UHGV virus genome: UHGV-1354603
Reading direction: 5' to 3' (one strand)
DNA: 47,714 nt
Source of the DNA: a virus
Below, in pieces: positions 17,801 to 25,791 of the stretch; position 1 is the first letter of the stretch, and every line of letters begins with the position of its first letter. Below the pieces are notes generated by a model that saw nothing but the letters and a program-made list of their open reading frames with translations, had not been told where the DNA came from and searched no databases. A program made the position numbers and the translations under genes.

Positions 17801-20157
17801 GCCTTGGTCATGAGCTGTGTGTACTTCGCCGGATCCGTTTTCTTCAGATACTCGACGTTCCGCAGAAACGCCTCATACTCCTTATCAACCTTGGCGACGG
17901 CTGCGGCTGCGGGATCGGCATAGGACAAAATATCCTGCATCCACTTGAAATCGGCCTCCTGCTCCATCGCCTTGCGGAGCTTTTCCATCTCTGCGGTGGG
18001 GAGTTTGGCGTCCTTGGCAATCTTCGCCAGCTTTTCCTCAATCTTGACCTGCTCAAGTTCGCGGCTCGACTGCATGAGCTTGGCAATCTCTTCGTCGTAA
18101 GCGGCAAGAGCCTTGGCAGCACGATTGGCGGCGTCTTCGGCGGATTTCGCGCCTTTATCCATTATACTCTTGCGTTTTTCAGCATAACCAGTTTCAATCT
18201 GAAGCTTTTTTTCTTGATATTCTTTATCGGAAAGGGTCCCCCTCGTATGCCATTCATCCAATTTTTCAAGTGCTTCTTTTTCAGCTTTATCAATAGCTAT
18301 AAGCTTGAACGTTGGAAGATCTTTTGTTGCATCCTTCCATGCATTCATACCGTCTTGTTCAATTTTAAGAGCGCGCTTTACATTGCTTTGATGTTCGGCT
18401 TCATATTCTCTCTGCTTCTGAAGGCGTGCTGCAAGAACAAGATCAATCTGACGATTAGCATTAATGACTGCTTCACCATATTTTTGGACAGCCTCTATTT
18501 CCTGTTCTGTATATGGACCATTCCAATAAGATTGAGTTAATGTCTGTCCAGTTTTATATCCTTTTGAAGACATTTCTTTTATAATATTATTTTTATTTAG
18601 AACATTTTTCGCTTCTTTTAATGCCTCCGTTACGAGATTTATTCCTTGTACGACACTTTCAGTCTGGCTTGCACTAGATTTAAAAAGTTCCCATTCCGTA
18701 CTCAACCTATTGACCGCACCTTGTGCTCCATCAGCAGCTTTCACGGCCTTGTCGCCAAACGTCTCTTGAAGGACTACACCGAGCTTCGGCAACAGATCAT
18801 CTGACATGACTTTGCCTTGCTCGATCATTTTGAACATTTCTTGACGGTTAACTCCCATCGCCTTTGAGACCAACTCAAAAGTCCCCGGAAGCCGTTCGGC
18901 AATCTGGTTCACTTCTTCCATCGAGAGTTTGCCCTTGGAGGCAATCTGAGAAAAAGCAAGAAAGACGCCGGACATTTGCTCTTGGGTCATGGAAAGGGCC
19001 GTACCTGCCGATGTGACCCCCTTGAAAATCTCGTTCATGTCATTTTCAAGACTGGTCCCTACACTAGCGGCAAAAAAGCCCTTCGCAGATTCGGCGGTGG
19101 ACTGGAATTGAAGACCAAGTTTCTGTGTCAGGCCATAGATGTAATCGAGCTGTGTAGTAGCTCCAATGTCCGAGCCCATGACAGTCCGGTAGCTCTTTTG
19201 AAGCCTGTCCATCTGCAACGAAGCATCAAAACAGGCTTTTCCGGCGTAAATCGCTGCCGCTGCAACAGCCGTGATCGTGCCTACCACGGGGAGAGCCGCC
19301 GCCCTGAGCGTCTTGAATGCCCCGCCAGTATCCCCAATCTTCAATTGCAGCTTCGCCATTTCCGCAGCGGACATCCCCGTCTCTTTCCCGATGCGGGCAA
19401 GAGCCTGTTCCATGTCACGCTTTCCCGCGAACTGCGAAGCCTTGGCGGACAGGCGATCAATCTCCTGTGTGGAGAGATTGGTGGCCCGCTGGACGGATGC
19501 AAAAGCCTGCTGGAGGGGCGTCAGTTCTACGGTTGGCGCAATCTTGGTTGCACGGGCTTCGGATGCCAGCCGCTTCAAACTCCCGCGCATGGACTCGGCG
19601 GCACGCTTGACGTCGTTAGCCGTGGCATCCGCGCTGTTCTTCACCTCGCGGTACGACGCCACAATGTCCTTCATCTCGAAAACGATAGCGGAGCGGGAAC
19701 GGGTGTTCAGTGCGCCCATCGCCGCCTTCAGCGCGCCTTGGGTATCGCCGAGTTCCCGCCGAAACCTCGCCATTTCCGCAGTGGACATCCCTGTTTGCTT
19801 CTGGATGTTGGCAAACGCCCTTTCGAGACTGGAATCCCGCGCGACCTTGATCGCCGCTTCGTACATCTTGTCAAGGCCGGAAGCAGAAAGGCCCGCGCTT
19901 TTTGCCAATGCATCAAGCCCTGATACTTTGATGGACGTATTCAGGTGGCTTGCGGCGGCGGAAGCCGTATTGATGCTCTTTGCAAGGTTGGTGAAGCTGG
20001 AACTGATTTTATTGGGAGTAAAGGCCCCGTCAAAGGCTTTGGATGCGATGTCCCCAGCACGCTGTGCTGTGAGCATGAATGCCTTCATGTCCTTCTGGAA
20101 AGGAGAGTCATCAAGCCCAACCGAAAGATAAAGGCCGGATTCTTTTGCAAGAGACAT
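14851..20157 (-). CDS. Tail tape measure protein (1768 aa).
   Basis: Very long coiled-coil Ala/Gln/Glu/Lys-rich protein with Gly-rich TM-like segments, following the G/GT chaperones. Antisense ORFs inside it were ignored. Confidence 0.9.
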   Translation of the reverse strand: MSLAKESGLYLSVGLDDSPFQKDMKAFMLTAQRAGDIASKAFDGAFTPNKISSSFTNLAKSINTASAAASHLNTSIKVSGLDALAKSAGLSASGLDKMYEAAIKVARDSSLERAFANIQKQTGMSTAEMARFRRELGDTQGALKAAMGALNTRSRSAIVFEMKDIVASYREVKNSADATANDVKRAAESMRGSLKRLASEARATKIAPTVELTPLQQAFASVQRATNLSTQEIDRLSAKASQFAGKRDMEQALARIGKETGMSAAEMAKLQLKIGDTGGAFKTLRAAALPVVGTITAVAAAAIYAGKACFDASLQMDRLQKSYRTVMGSDIGATTQLDYIYGLTQKLGLQFQSTAESAKGFFAASVGTSLENDMNEIFKGVTSAGTALSMTQEQMSGVFLAFSQIASKGKLSMEEVNQIAERLPGTFELVSKAMGVNRQEMFKMIEQGKVMSDDLLPKLGVVLQETFGDKAVKAADGAQGAVNRLSTEWELFKSSASQTESVVQGINLVTEALKEAKNVLNKNNIIKEMSSKGYKTGQTLTQSYWNGPYTEQEIEAVQKYGEAVINANRQIDLVLAARLQKQREYEAEHQSNVKRALKIEQDGMNAWKDATKDLPTFKLIAIDKAEKEALEKLDEWHTRGTLSDKEYQEKKLQIETGYAEKRKSIMDKGAKSAEDAANRAAKALAAYDEEIAKLMQSSRELEQVKIEEKLAKIAKDAKLPTAEMEKLRKAMEQEADFKWMQDILSYADPAAAAVAKVDKEYEAFLRNVEYLKKTDPAKYTQLMTKAETEHEKALRKAERASKEQNEHLQEKLSFYKELEEMSGAFGLSLEVQNRLLDEQMEIFRDADIPENLIQTWRQYKDLMNSHDWADGAQRAFLQYRADATDAAKGAEEAFSSLYSGMDSGWKSAWEQMIETGKVSLSSFKSLFASFLADLMHMAITRPITVQIAGVVSGMLGTGGVAQAAGGSGGSGSGGIMDLLSMGTSFLPGGSVTGAINKAAAWAAPSLFSTTSGYMEAAGTELLKAGVTGTAPAATPAPGTFTSAFGAPALGASIGSFVSPYVNNLLGLQNNKGSQIGSMVGGLGTTAVLGTMAATNFWNPAGWVAGGLAALGSIFGGSIGSLFGGGRRTHASVYGKMEDVGFSRDQQTYIDAFMGGAWYDRAGKSEAAPFAQGIAQVASQTAGSLLDIAGALPEQIRQNALSGLETSTWSAGRGISDASWNFQWWKEGMAEEDLEEAAKDMRNRMTAVAQQVFSNAGISQFFSSFDVTTDEGLQKASTALSAISAVKSATDAIKSPLSEMEQQAQSAKAQLDAWTQGMKDSGVNAQYAAGLINEYRNAFINDYIKTLDESLHPLSAYAQAVKAANEAVDQRKKALEIIGATESQLAQVEAMRAEVVKQATEEMLRSFDQSVAQRWAAVNGNADEVGRAISQANELRETIQQFGEGSAQVAELLKLHAAETAKAAQDAAKSKYDSLKAQMDALEQQRVQLQQQAIQEQINAINEQLSAAKTLKSTWEGLDKSLGQSRYNLFAGSANLDAENRLGTVQAEFRRLSGLALGGDSEAAGQLAGVGNSLLDLVKQTAGTEEEYLDAFWAVNAQLKSAQDATGAQVSAADKQLEALQGQLDVQNAALKQLQGQSATLEEIEKQIAELKPLLDAAGDKAGVKAFARGGLALPGWSLVGEEGPELVNFSQPGRVYTAADTAALFRSVTPRAADTDSGSDAEVKALRREVYQLRRDMLISMSEIARFSRRTSDMVEAWDAEGMPGVRA

Positions 20158-20159
20158 AG

Positions 20160-20570
20160 TTATTTCCCCTTTCCGATATGAAGGCCGCGTTCGCGGCTCA
20201 ATGACAGGTCAAACGTCTTAATGAGCTCATTGAGCCTGCGCTTGACCCTGTTCTTGGCTTTACGCATGAAAAACTTTCCCGGCACCTGTTTGACGACTCT
20301 CCCGCCCTTAACGATGGCGTGTCCTTTTTCCAAATACCAAGCATGTGGATTATCAGAATAAATAATATACCCCGTCCCGTACCTCATCTTTGACATTTTG
20401 AAGGATCGGCGCATTTCTCCGGTTTGGTCGTCGAAAAAAGCATTCTTCTTGGTCAATTCTCCCAAGATCTGATCGGCGACCTGATACAGGACACTCTTGA
20501 AAGCCGCATCCGCAACCTGTTTGGTTATTCCGTCCGTATCGAGGGATACGGTGAACTTTGATTTACCCAT
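20160..20570 (-). CDS. HK97 gp10-family protein, second paralog.
   Basis: Aligns by eye with the 28598..28990 product (GYIIYSDNPHAWYLEKGHAIV / GYVVYVKAPHSHLVEFGHAVV; VPGKFFMRKAKN / VPGKHFLRKARN). Confidence 0.6.
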   Translation of the reverse strand: MGKSKFTVSLDTDGITKQVADAAFKSVLYQVADQILGELTKKNAFFDDQTGEMRRSFKMSKMRYGTGYIIYSDNPHAWYLEKGHAIVKGGRVVKQVPGKFFMRKAKNRVKRRLNELIKTFDLSLSRERGLHIGKGK

Positions 20571-20616
20571 GCTTCATTTTCCTTTTTTGGACGGCATGGC
20601 GATTTGCGGATGTTTT

Positions 20617-20668
20617 ATGCGTATTATACGCATTTCACATTGACATTTATACGCATAATGCGTATAAA
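20617..20668 (+). promoter_or_regulatory. hicAB promoter with two nested perfect palindromes (operators).
   Basis: ATGCGTATTATACGCAT (20617-20633) and TATACGCATAATGCGTATA (20648-20666); -35 TTGACA at 20640-20645, 17-nt spacer, -10 TATAAA at 20663-20668; the hicA ATG is only 6 nt downstream. Confidence 0.5.
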
Positions 20669-20674
20669 CAACCC

Positions 20675-20857
20675 ATGACAGCACGGGAACTCATAAAAAA
20701 ACTGGAGGAGGCAGGGTTCACGAACAAAGGGGGAAGCAACCATGACAAGATGGTACACCCTGACGGGAGAGTCACTGTGATTCACAGGCATAAAGGAGAC
20801 ATCCCGCTTGGAACCCTCAAGGCAATCGCAAGGCAAACAAAAATCAAGTTACCTTAA
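20675..20857 (+). CDS. hicA: HicA toxin (mRNA interferase).
   Basis: MTARELIKKLEEAGF...HPDGRVTVIHRHKGDIPLGTLKAIARQ. Confidence 0.75.
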   Translation: MTARELIKKLEEAGFTNKGGSNHDKMVHPDGRVTVIHRHKGDIPLGTLKAIARQTKIKLP

Positions 20858-20892
20858 CCGGATGGGGGGGCAATCCCCCCCGAGGAGAATAT

Positions 20893-21276
20893 ATGCGTTA
20901 TCCCGTTATTGTGCATAAGGATGAAGGCACCGATTACGGCGTGACCGTTCCGGACTTTCCCGGAGTGTTCACTGGAGGTGAAACGCTCGACGAAGCCTTG
21001 AAGAATGTTCAGGAGGCTATTGAGTGCTTCTATGAAGGGGAAGAGGTGGACAGCCTCCCCGAAGCGTCCCCGTTGGAGCGCGTGCTGGCCTCCGAAGACG
21101 CGGAAGGTGGAGCCGTAGTGCTGGTGGATGTGAACTTTGACTTCCTCGAAAAGAAGGCCGTTCCCGTCAACATCACGATGCCCCTGTATGTCAGGAACAG
21201 GATCGACAAGGCGGCAAAAGCCCACGGCTTGACCCGTTCGGCCTTTCTCGTCAAGGCAGCACAAGCCTACGCGTAA
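20893..21276 (+). CDS. hicB: HicB antitoxin.
   Basis: MRYPVIVHKDEGTDYGVTVPDFPG...; C-terminal RHH-like region NITMPLYVRNRIDKAAKAHGLTRSAFL. Confidence 0.75.
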   Translation: MRYPVIVHKDEGTDYGVTVPDFPGVFTGGETLDEALKNVQEAIECFYEGEEVDSLPEASPLERVLASEDAEGGAVVLVDVNFDFLEKKAVPVNITMPLYVRNRIDKAAKAHGLTRSAFLVKAAQAYA

Positions 21277-21301
21277 CAGCAAAGATAAAAATCTGTAACT
21301 A

Positions 21302-21434
21302 ATGGAAGGAAATATGTTTGATGCTGCCATAAACACGGCTTTTAATGCTCTTGGGAATATTCCTACTGTTGCCGCACAAAAAGCGCATCTTGATCTTTTG
21401 CGCGAACGCTTTTCAGTGCTTGAGAACGAACTAG
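21302..21434 (+). pseudogene. 5' fragment of a coiled-coil / zinc-ribbon gene split by the IS insertion.
   Basis: The frame continues exactly into 22272..22594 once the IS and one target-site copy are removed. Confidence 0.55.
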
Positions 21435-21446
21435 GGTCAGGACTCG

Positions 21447-21839
21447 TTAATGAAGATAAAAGATAACACAGACAGCAAGGCAGATGGCTGAGAAAAAGGT
21501 ATGGGCACAGCGGTCATAACGTGTTGCGATACGCCGCCAGTCCTTCAGTTTACTGAACGTATTTTCAATGAGATGCCGACGTTTATACAGCGTTTTGTCG
21601 AAAGGAAAGGCTGTATTTCTGGTTTTCCGAGGAGGTATGCAGACCGTCATCCCCCTCGCTTTCAGAGACTCCCGCAACCAGGCCGCATCATACCCTCCGT
21701 CTGCCAGAAAGGTGCCGTCTTTGGGAAGAAGGTGCTGGAGAATGGCCGCTCCCTTGTAATCGCTGACCTGTCCTTCGGTCAGCAAAAGCAGAACAGGCCG
21801 CCCATGTCCGTCGCAGACTGCATGGAGTTTGGAATTCAA
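21447..21839 (-). CDS. IS transposase orfB (DDE domain), fused to orfA by a -1 frameshift.
   Basis: ADGGYD...HLIENTFSKLKDWRRIATRYDR; the -1 frame read-through from orfA joins ...LNSKLHAVCDG. Confidence 0.75.
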   Translation of the reverse strand: MNSKLHAVCDGHGRPVLLLLTEGQVSDYKGAAILQHLLPKDGTFLADGGYDAAWLRESLKARGMTVCIPPRKTRNTAFPFDKTLYKRRHLIENTFSKLKDWRRIATRYDRCAHTFFSAICLAVCVIFYLH

Positions 21840-21856
21840 TCCGCCCTTTGTCCGGC

Positions 21857-22204
21857 CTATGAGACGCGCGGAGCCCCCTTTTTGCGCAGACTTGCCGCCG
21901 TGCGGTGGGCCTTGAGGTGAGTGGAGTCAATCATCAGCGAGCCATCAAAGGGCGTCTGGTTTGCCAACTCGGTGAAGATCCTGCTGAAAACACCGAGCCT
22001 GCTCCACCTGACGAACCGATTGTACAGTGTCTTGTACGGACCATATTCCGCGGGAGCATCCTTCCACTGAAGTCCATGTTTGATAACGTAAAGAATGCCG
22101 CTGACGACGCGCCTGTCATCGGCACGGGGGATACCGTGAGAGCGGGGAAAGAAAGGGCTGATCCGTTCCATCTGGCTTTCGGAAAGGTAAAACAGGGTAC
22201 GCAT
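21857..22204 (-). CDS. IS transposase orfA (DUF4096-like N-terminal part).
   Basis: ...DDRRVVSGILYVIKHGLQWKDAPAEYGPYKTLYNRFVRW; ends at the slippery A_AAA_AAG site (about 21877-21884). Confidence 0.75.
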   Translation of the reverse strand: MRTLFYLSESQMERISPFFPRSHGIPRADDRRVVSGILYVIKHGLQWKDAPAEYGPYKTLYNRFVRWSRLGVFSRIFTELANQTPFDGSLMIDSTHLKAHRTAASLRKKGAPRVS

Positions 22205-22271
22205 GCGACACCTCCATGTCTTCAGTATACCCTGTTTTCACTTCATTGGGAATAATGAGTCCTGACCCTAG

Positions 22272-22594
22272 GAAAACTGAGGCAGGAATATATTGAACTA
22301 TTGCGAGAAAATAAGGAAATAAAAACGAATCTCGAAAACAAAACCAAGTTGATTGAAGAATTAACATTTAATACAGTATTGGCTGATATTGGACCATGCA
22401 AGATAAAAATTGATACACAAAAAAACATTTTGCCAGGATACTATTGCCCTAAATGCAAGCTTCCTCTTTCCCGTGGAGACTATGACTATCAGAATGACGT
22501 TTTAATATGTCATGGATGCCAAGAGATAAAATTACAAGGCAGAGATGTTGATTCAGCCAAGGAAATCTTTATTCAGACAAGGTTCCAAAAATAG
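22272..22594 (+). pseudogene. 3' fragment of the IS-disrupted gene (coiled coil + CPKC...CHGC zinc ribbon), AT-rich.
   Basis: In frame with 21302..21434 across the IS; the reconstructed product is about 141 aa. Confidence 0.55.
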
Positions 22595-22903
22595 ATTTCA
22601 TTTGCCTATCGTGCCATATGGAAAATACTATAATCCCCGCATAGAATCCGGCAGCGAAGAGAATCACACCAAGAAAAAACCAAAAAACTATAGCCATCTT
22701 TATCTCCATATTTTTTGATAAGCATCAACATAGACACCCTTTCCGGCCGCCTCACCAGCGGCCTTTTTCGTGCCTTCCATACGGCCTCCTTGTTTTTTCG
22801 ATCTCATATAAACAAAAACTTATCTGGTTACGCCCTATCGCCTGCGATTGCCACCCTTGCCGTCCATCCTAAGACATGTCATTTGAGGCGATGGAGGTAC
22901 ATT

Positions 22904-23356
22904 ATGGATTCGAAATTACTTAGATGTCTGTTGCCGATCATCAGAAATGGGCTGCGGCGCGGTGTAGGAATTGAGGATCTTGAAGGGTGCGGTGGATACG
23001 AACAAGTTCAAGATGCTCTTTTCTGGATGGAGGACAAAGGGCTTATCAAAGCTCAGTCCACTGGCGTGCTCGGGAGCTACGGAGACATCTACCAAGCCAC
23101 AATCACGACTCTTGGACAAGATTTTATGGATAACGATTATTCGTTCCCTCTCACTAAAATCGAAGTTACCCTGAACGAAAAACAGCTAGAAGCACTCCTG
23201 CTCATCCTTGTTGAGAAGTTTGGAAAACCCGGTGAAGCGTCCGCTGTCAGACGCCTTTTCGAAAAAGCCGGAAATGCTGGCGTCAATGCCTTGGCTACGG
23301 AGGCGGTCAAGCAGATGCTTGCACACTTGCCGGAAATTGCCAGAACGTTCATGTAG
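22904..23356 (+). CDS. Hypothetical protein.
   Basis: GGAGG RBS; ATG 22904 within ORF 22715..23356; its 3' end overlaps the convergent ORF 23186..23584. Confidence 0.4.
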   Translation: MDSKLLRCLLPIIRNGLRRGVGIEDLEGCGGYEQVQDALFWMEDKGLIKAQSTGVLGSYGDIYQATITTLGQDFMDNDYSFPLTKIEVTLNEKQLEALLLILVEKFGKPGEASAVRRLFEKAGNAGVNALATEAVKQMLAHLPEIARTFM

Positions 23357-23584
23357 AATATTTGCCATGAAGAACGAAACAGCCTGCGGCGTAAGTTGGA
23401 CGCCCTCAAAGTAGTCCACTTTGATAAAGCCGTTCTCCTCAAACTCCCAAAGCGCTTGTTTGAAAAGCTTCCTGTCGCCATCATAGCCGGGAAGCTTTTC
23501 AATAGGTATCGAGTGAGGATACGGAGCTGTCAGTAAAACCGTCCCCCACGCCTCCCAGAGATGGAAAAAATCTTTGCTGTGCAT
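23186..23584 (-). CDS. Hypothetical protein.
   Basis: ORF with plausible composition; overlaps the + strand gene by 170 nt. Confidence 0.35.
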   Translation of the reverse strand: MHSKDFFHLWEAWGTVLLTAPYPHSIPIEKLPGYDGDRKLFKQALWEFEENGFIKVDYFEGVQLTPQAVSFFMANILHERSGNFRQVCKHLLDRLRSQGIDASISGFFEKASDSGRFTGFSKLLNKDEQECF

Positions 23585-23714
23585 ACTAACCTCACTGGTT
23601 GTACTCTATTCCAATAATATCAATATATCAAGATACAGGAATTTCATTACCCACCCAGCCGCCTGTTGACTTTCCCGGCTCCCTGTGGTGTGGGGAGGGT
23701 AGGAGGATCAGACT

Positions 23715-24506
23715 ATGAGAAAACTGATTTTTATTTTGATGACATTTCTACTGGTGCCTTGGGAAAACTGTGTGCTTGCAACGGAAAAAACATCTATTGA
23801 TATTTATTCATTTTCAAAAGCATATTCTTTATTAAAAGTTCCCAATGTTACATTGGAGCGTGATGAATTTGAAAGCAAAAAAGAATTTGAAAAAAGAAAT
23901 AAAGAGTTTATTGAAAAGAGCAAAGAAAAAATTGCTCCTTTTTATATAGAAATTCCAATAAAATTTTGGTGTATCCCCAAAAATAAAAATTATAACATAG
24001 ATACTAAAACTTTTTCTTTTTACATTCCTATGTATTTTTCCAGCCCATATTTTGATTTATCAGAATCAAGAATAGGAAAAAATGCTATTCTACTGTCAGA
24101 AATAGAAAGAAATACAGGTTCATACGATGGAGAAAATGCTTTTGGAGTAAAAAAAACTGTTAATCGGATAGAAAAAGAAGAAGCCTATCTATTCATATCG
24201 AATGAAAAAAATATAAAAAAATACATAGTCAAAGATGGCGTTGATTACTTTATCAAAGTAAACATCAAAAACATTGATTTGGATAGAGCGAAATTTTTGA
24301 AGGACAATTATCAGATCGTTCTTAAGGTAAAACCAGAAAAATATAAAAAATATGGATACATATATGAAAAAATAGATTATAAGCAACCTACACTGTCATC
24401 TCCCGAACAGGTTAAATCTATAGAGAGGACAATAAATGTATCAATCATGGAGATAATGATTTTTTCTGGTTCTGGAGAACTTATTGCATCCCAGAAGATT
24501 CAATAG
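23715..24506 (+). CDS. AT-rich (about 27% GC) secreted Lys/Asn/Ile-rich protein with a signal peptide.
   Basis: AGGAGG RBS; MRKLIFILMTFLLVPWENCVLA signal peptide; very low GC versus the genome. Confidence 0.6.
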   Translation: MRKLIFILMTFLLVPWENCVLATEKTSIDIYSFSKAYSLLKVPNVTLERDEFESKKEFEKRNKEFIEKSKEKIAPFYIEIPIKFWCIPKNKNYNIDTKTFSFYIPMYFSSPYFDLSESRIGKNAILLSEIERNTGSYDGENAFGVKKTVNRIEKEEAYLFISNEKNIKKYIVKDGVDYFIKVNIKNIDLDRAKFLKDNYQIVLKVKPEKYKKYGYIYEKIDYKQPTLSSPEQVKSIERTINVSIMEIMIFSGSGELIASQKIQ

Positions 24507-24803
24507 CCTGTATTGACACTCAACCACTTTCATGCTTTCATGTCCGCAACGGTGCTCGAAAAACACCCCTTGGCGGATAACGCCACCCGACAGATTGGCG
24601 CTTTTTTGTGCCCTTTTCCCAAAGTCAAGATTTCTCTTGGCTGTGTTTTGGGCTATAATTGCATCTTGATGCCGGGTGTGCCCGATATGTCCAAGGCTTC
24701 GGCCTAAAGGCGGGCAGCAGCTCCAAGGGCTGTTTTCGACACCCGGCATTTTCTATTGGGGAAAATGCTTTGTGAACTCTCGAAAAGTTCCCTTGGAGGC
24801 ATT

Positions 24804-25709
24804 ATGACTACTTCCCTTTGCTTCAATGATTTCACCTTCTCCCCCGTCACGCGAGACAACCAGCCGTGGATTCGCGCATCTGAGCTTTCCCGTGCTTTGG
24901 GTTATGGGCGTGAGAACCAAATTTCGCGCTTGTACCGAAGCAACGCTGACGAATTTACCCCGGAGATGACGCAAGTTATTGAAATCGTCGACGGCCCCGA
25001 TTCGGGGCTTTCGGTAACAGCCCGCATCTTCTCCCTGCGCGGCTGCCACCTTCTTGCCATGTTCGCCCGCACGCCCGTAGCCAAGGCGTTTCGTAAGTGG
25101 TGCCTCGATGTCATCGAGCAGTACGGCGACAGGGTGCCCGTTGCCGAGCCCGTGACCATTGACGCCACCCGCCCGTCGCGCCGTACCGACCCTGAACGCA
25201 AGGCGCTCACGGCCATCATCAACACATGGGTGGGCATGGCCCCGATTCACTACGCTTCCGCACGGGCGCAGGTGAACGCGCATTTCGGCGTGGCTTCCGT
25301 TGACGCCCTGACCGTAGCACAGGTTAAGGATGCTATCCGCTGGGTGCAGGGCAAGATCGACGCGCTTCCCACTCTCCCCGCTTCCGCCCCTGCCCGCACG
25401 CTCCCCGTATCCAACATCTGCCGCGACCGGGTGAAGGAGCTGGAACGCCTTGAAGCCAAGTTCATGGAGTTCGCCGGGGAAACCCGTTCCCGCCTCTCCG
25501 AACTCAACGCCGAGTATATCCGGCTGAACCAAGGGTCATTTGCTGCTTTGCTCAGGACACTCCCCGCCGCGCATCCGGGGGATGTTGACAGGCTGTCCAG
25601 CGCGTTGAGCGCCCAGTCCTACGACGCCTACAACTGGATTGACGCCGGGCTGTCGCGCATGAGGCTGGCTATCGTCTCGGCACGGGCCGCAAACAGGATA
25701 ATGGGATAA
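24804..25709 (+). CDS. Bro-N domain protein.
   Basis: FNDFTFSPVTRDNQPWIRASELSRALGY...KAFRKWCLDVI. Confidence 0.7.
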   Translation: MTTSLCFNDFTFSPVTRDNQPWIRASELSRALGYGRENQISRLYRSNADEFTPEMTQVIEIVDGPDSGLSVTARIFSLRGCHLLAMFARTPVAKAFRKWCLDVIEQYGDRVPVAEPVTIDATRPSRRTDPERKALTAIINTWVGMAPIHYASARAQVNAHFGVASVDALTVAQVKDAIRWVQGKIDALPTLPASAPARTLPVSNICRDRVKELERLEAKFMEFAGETRSRLSELNAEYIRLNQGSFAALLRTLPAAHPGDVDRLSSALSAQSYDAYNWIDAGLSRMRLAIVSARAANRIMG

Positions 25710-25716
25710 AAACACA

Positions 25717-25749
25717 GGGCCGGGAACCGAGAGGAACCCGGCCCTTTCC
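25717..25749. terminator. Bidirectional terminator between convergent genes.
   Basis: gggccggg-aaccgagaggaa-cccggccc + TTT. Confidence 0.5.
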
Positions 25750-25791
25750 ATCCGCAAATCGCTATGCCGTTGTCAAAGAACTGTTGATACC

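Larger units (their letters stand above)
21431..22271 (-). mobile_element. IS5-family (IS427-group) insertion sequence, about 840 bp.
   Basis: Imperfect terminal inverted repeats CTAGGGTCAGGACTC(G/A)TTA at both ends; flanking CTAG/TA duplication; two-ORF transposase with an A_AAA_AAG frameshift site. Confidence 0.75.

Noticed and set aside
15266-19923. Many long GC-rich ORFs on both strands inside the tape measure gene (for example 15922..17013, 16139..17323, 17539..18540, 18976..19923).
   Set aside because: Antisense or alternate-frame open frames typical of high-GC coding DNA; they have Arg/Pro/Gly-rich low-complexity translations and all overlap the 1768-aa tape measure ORF.
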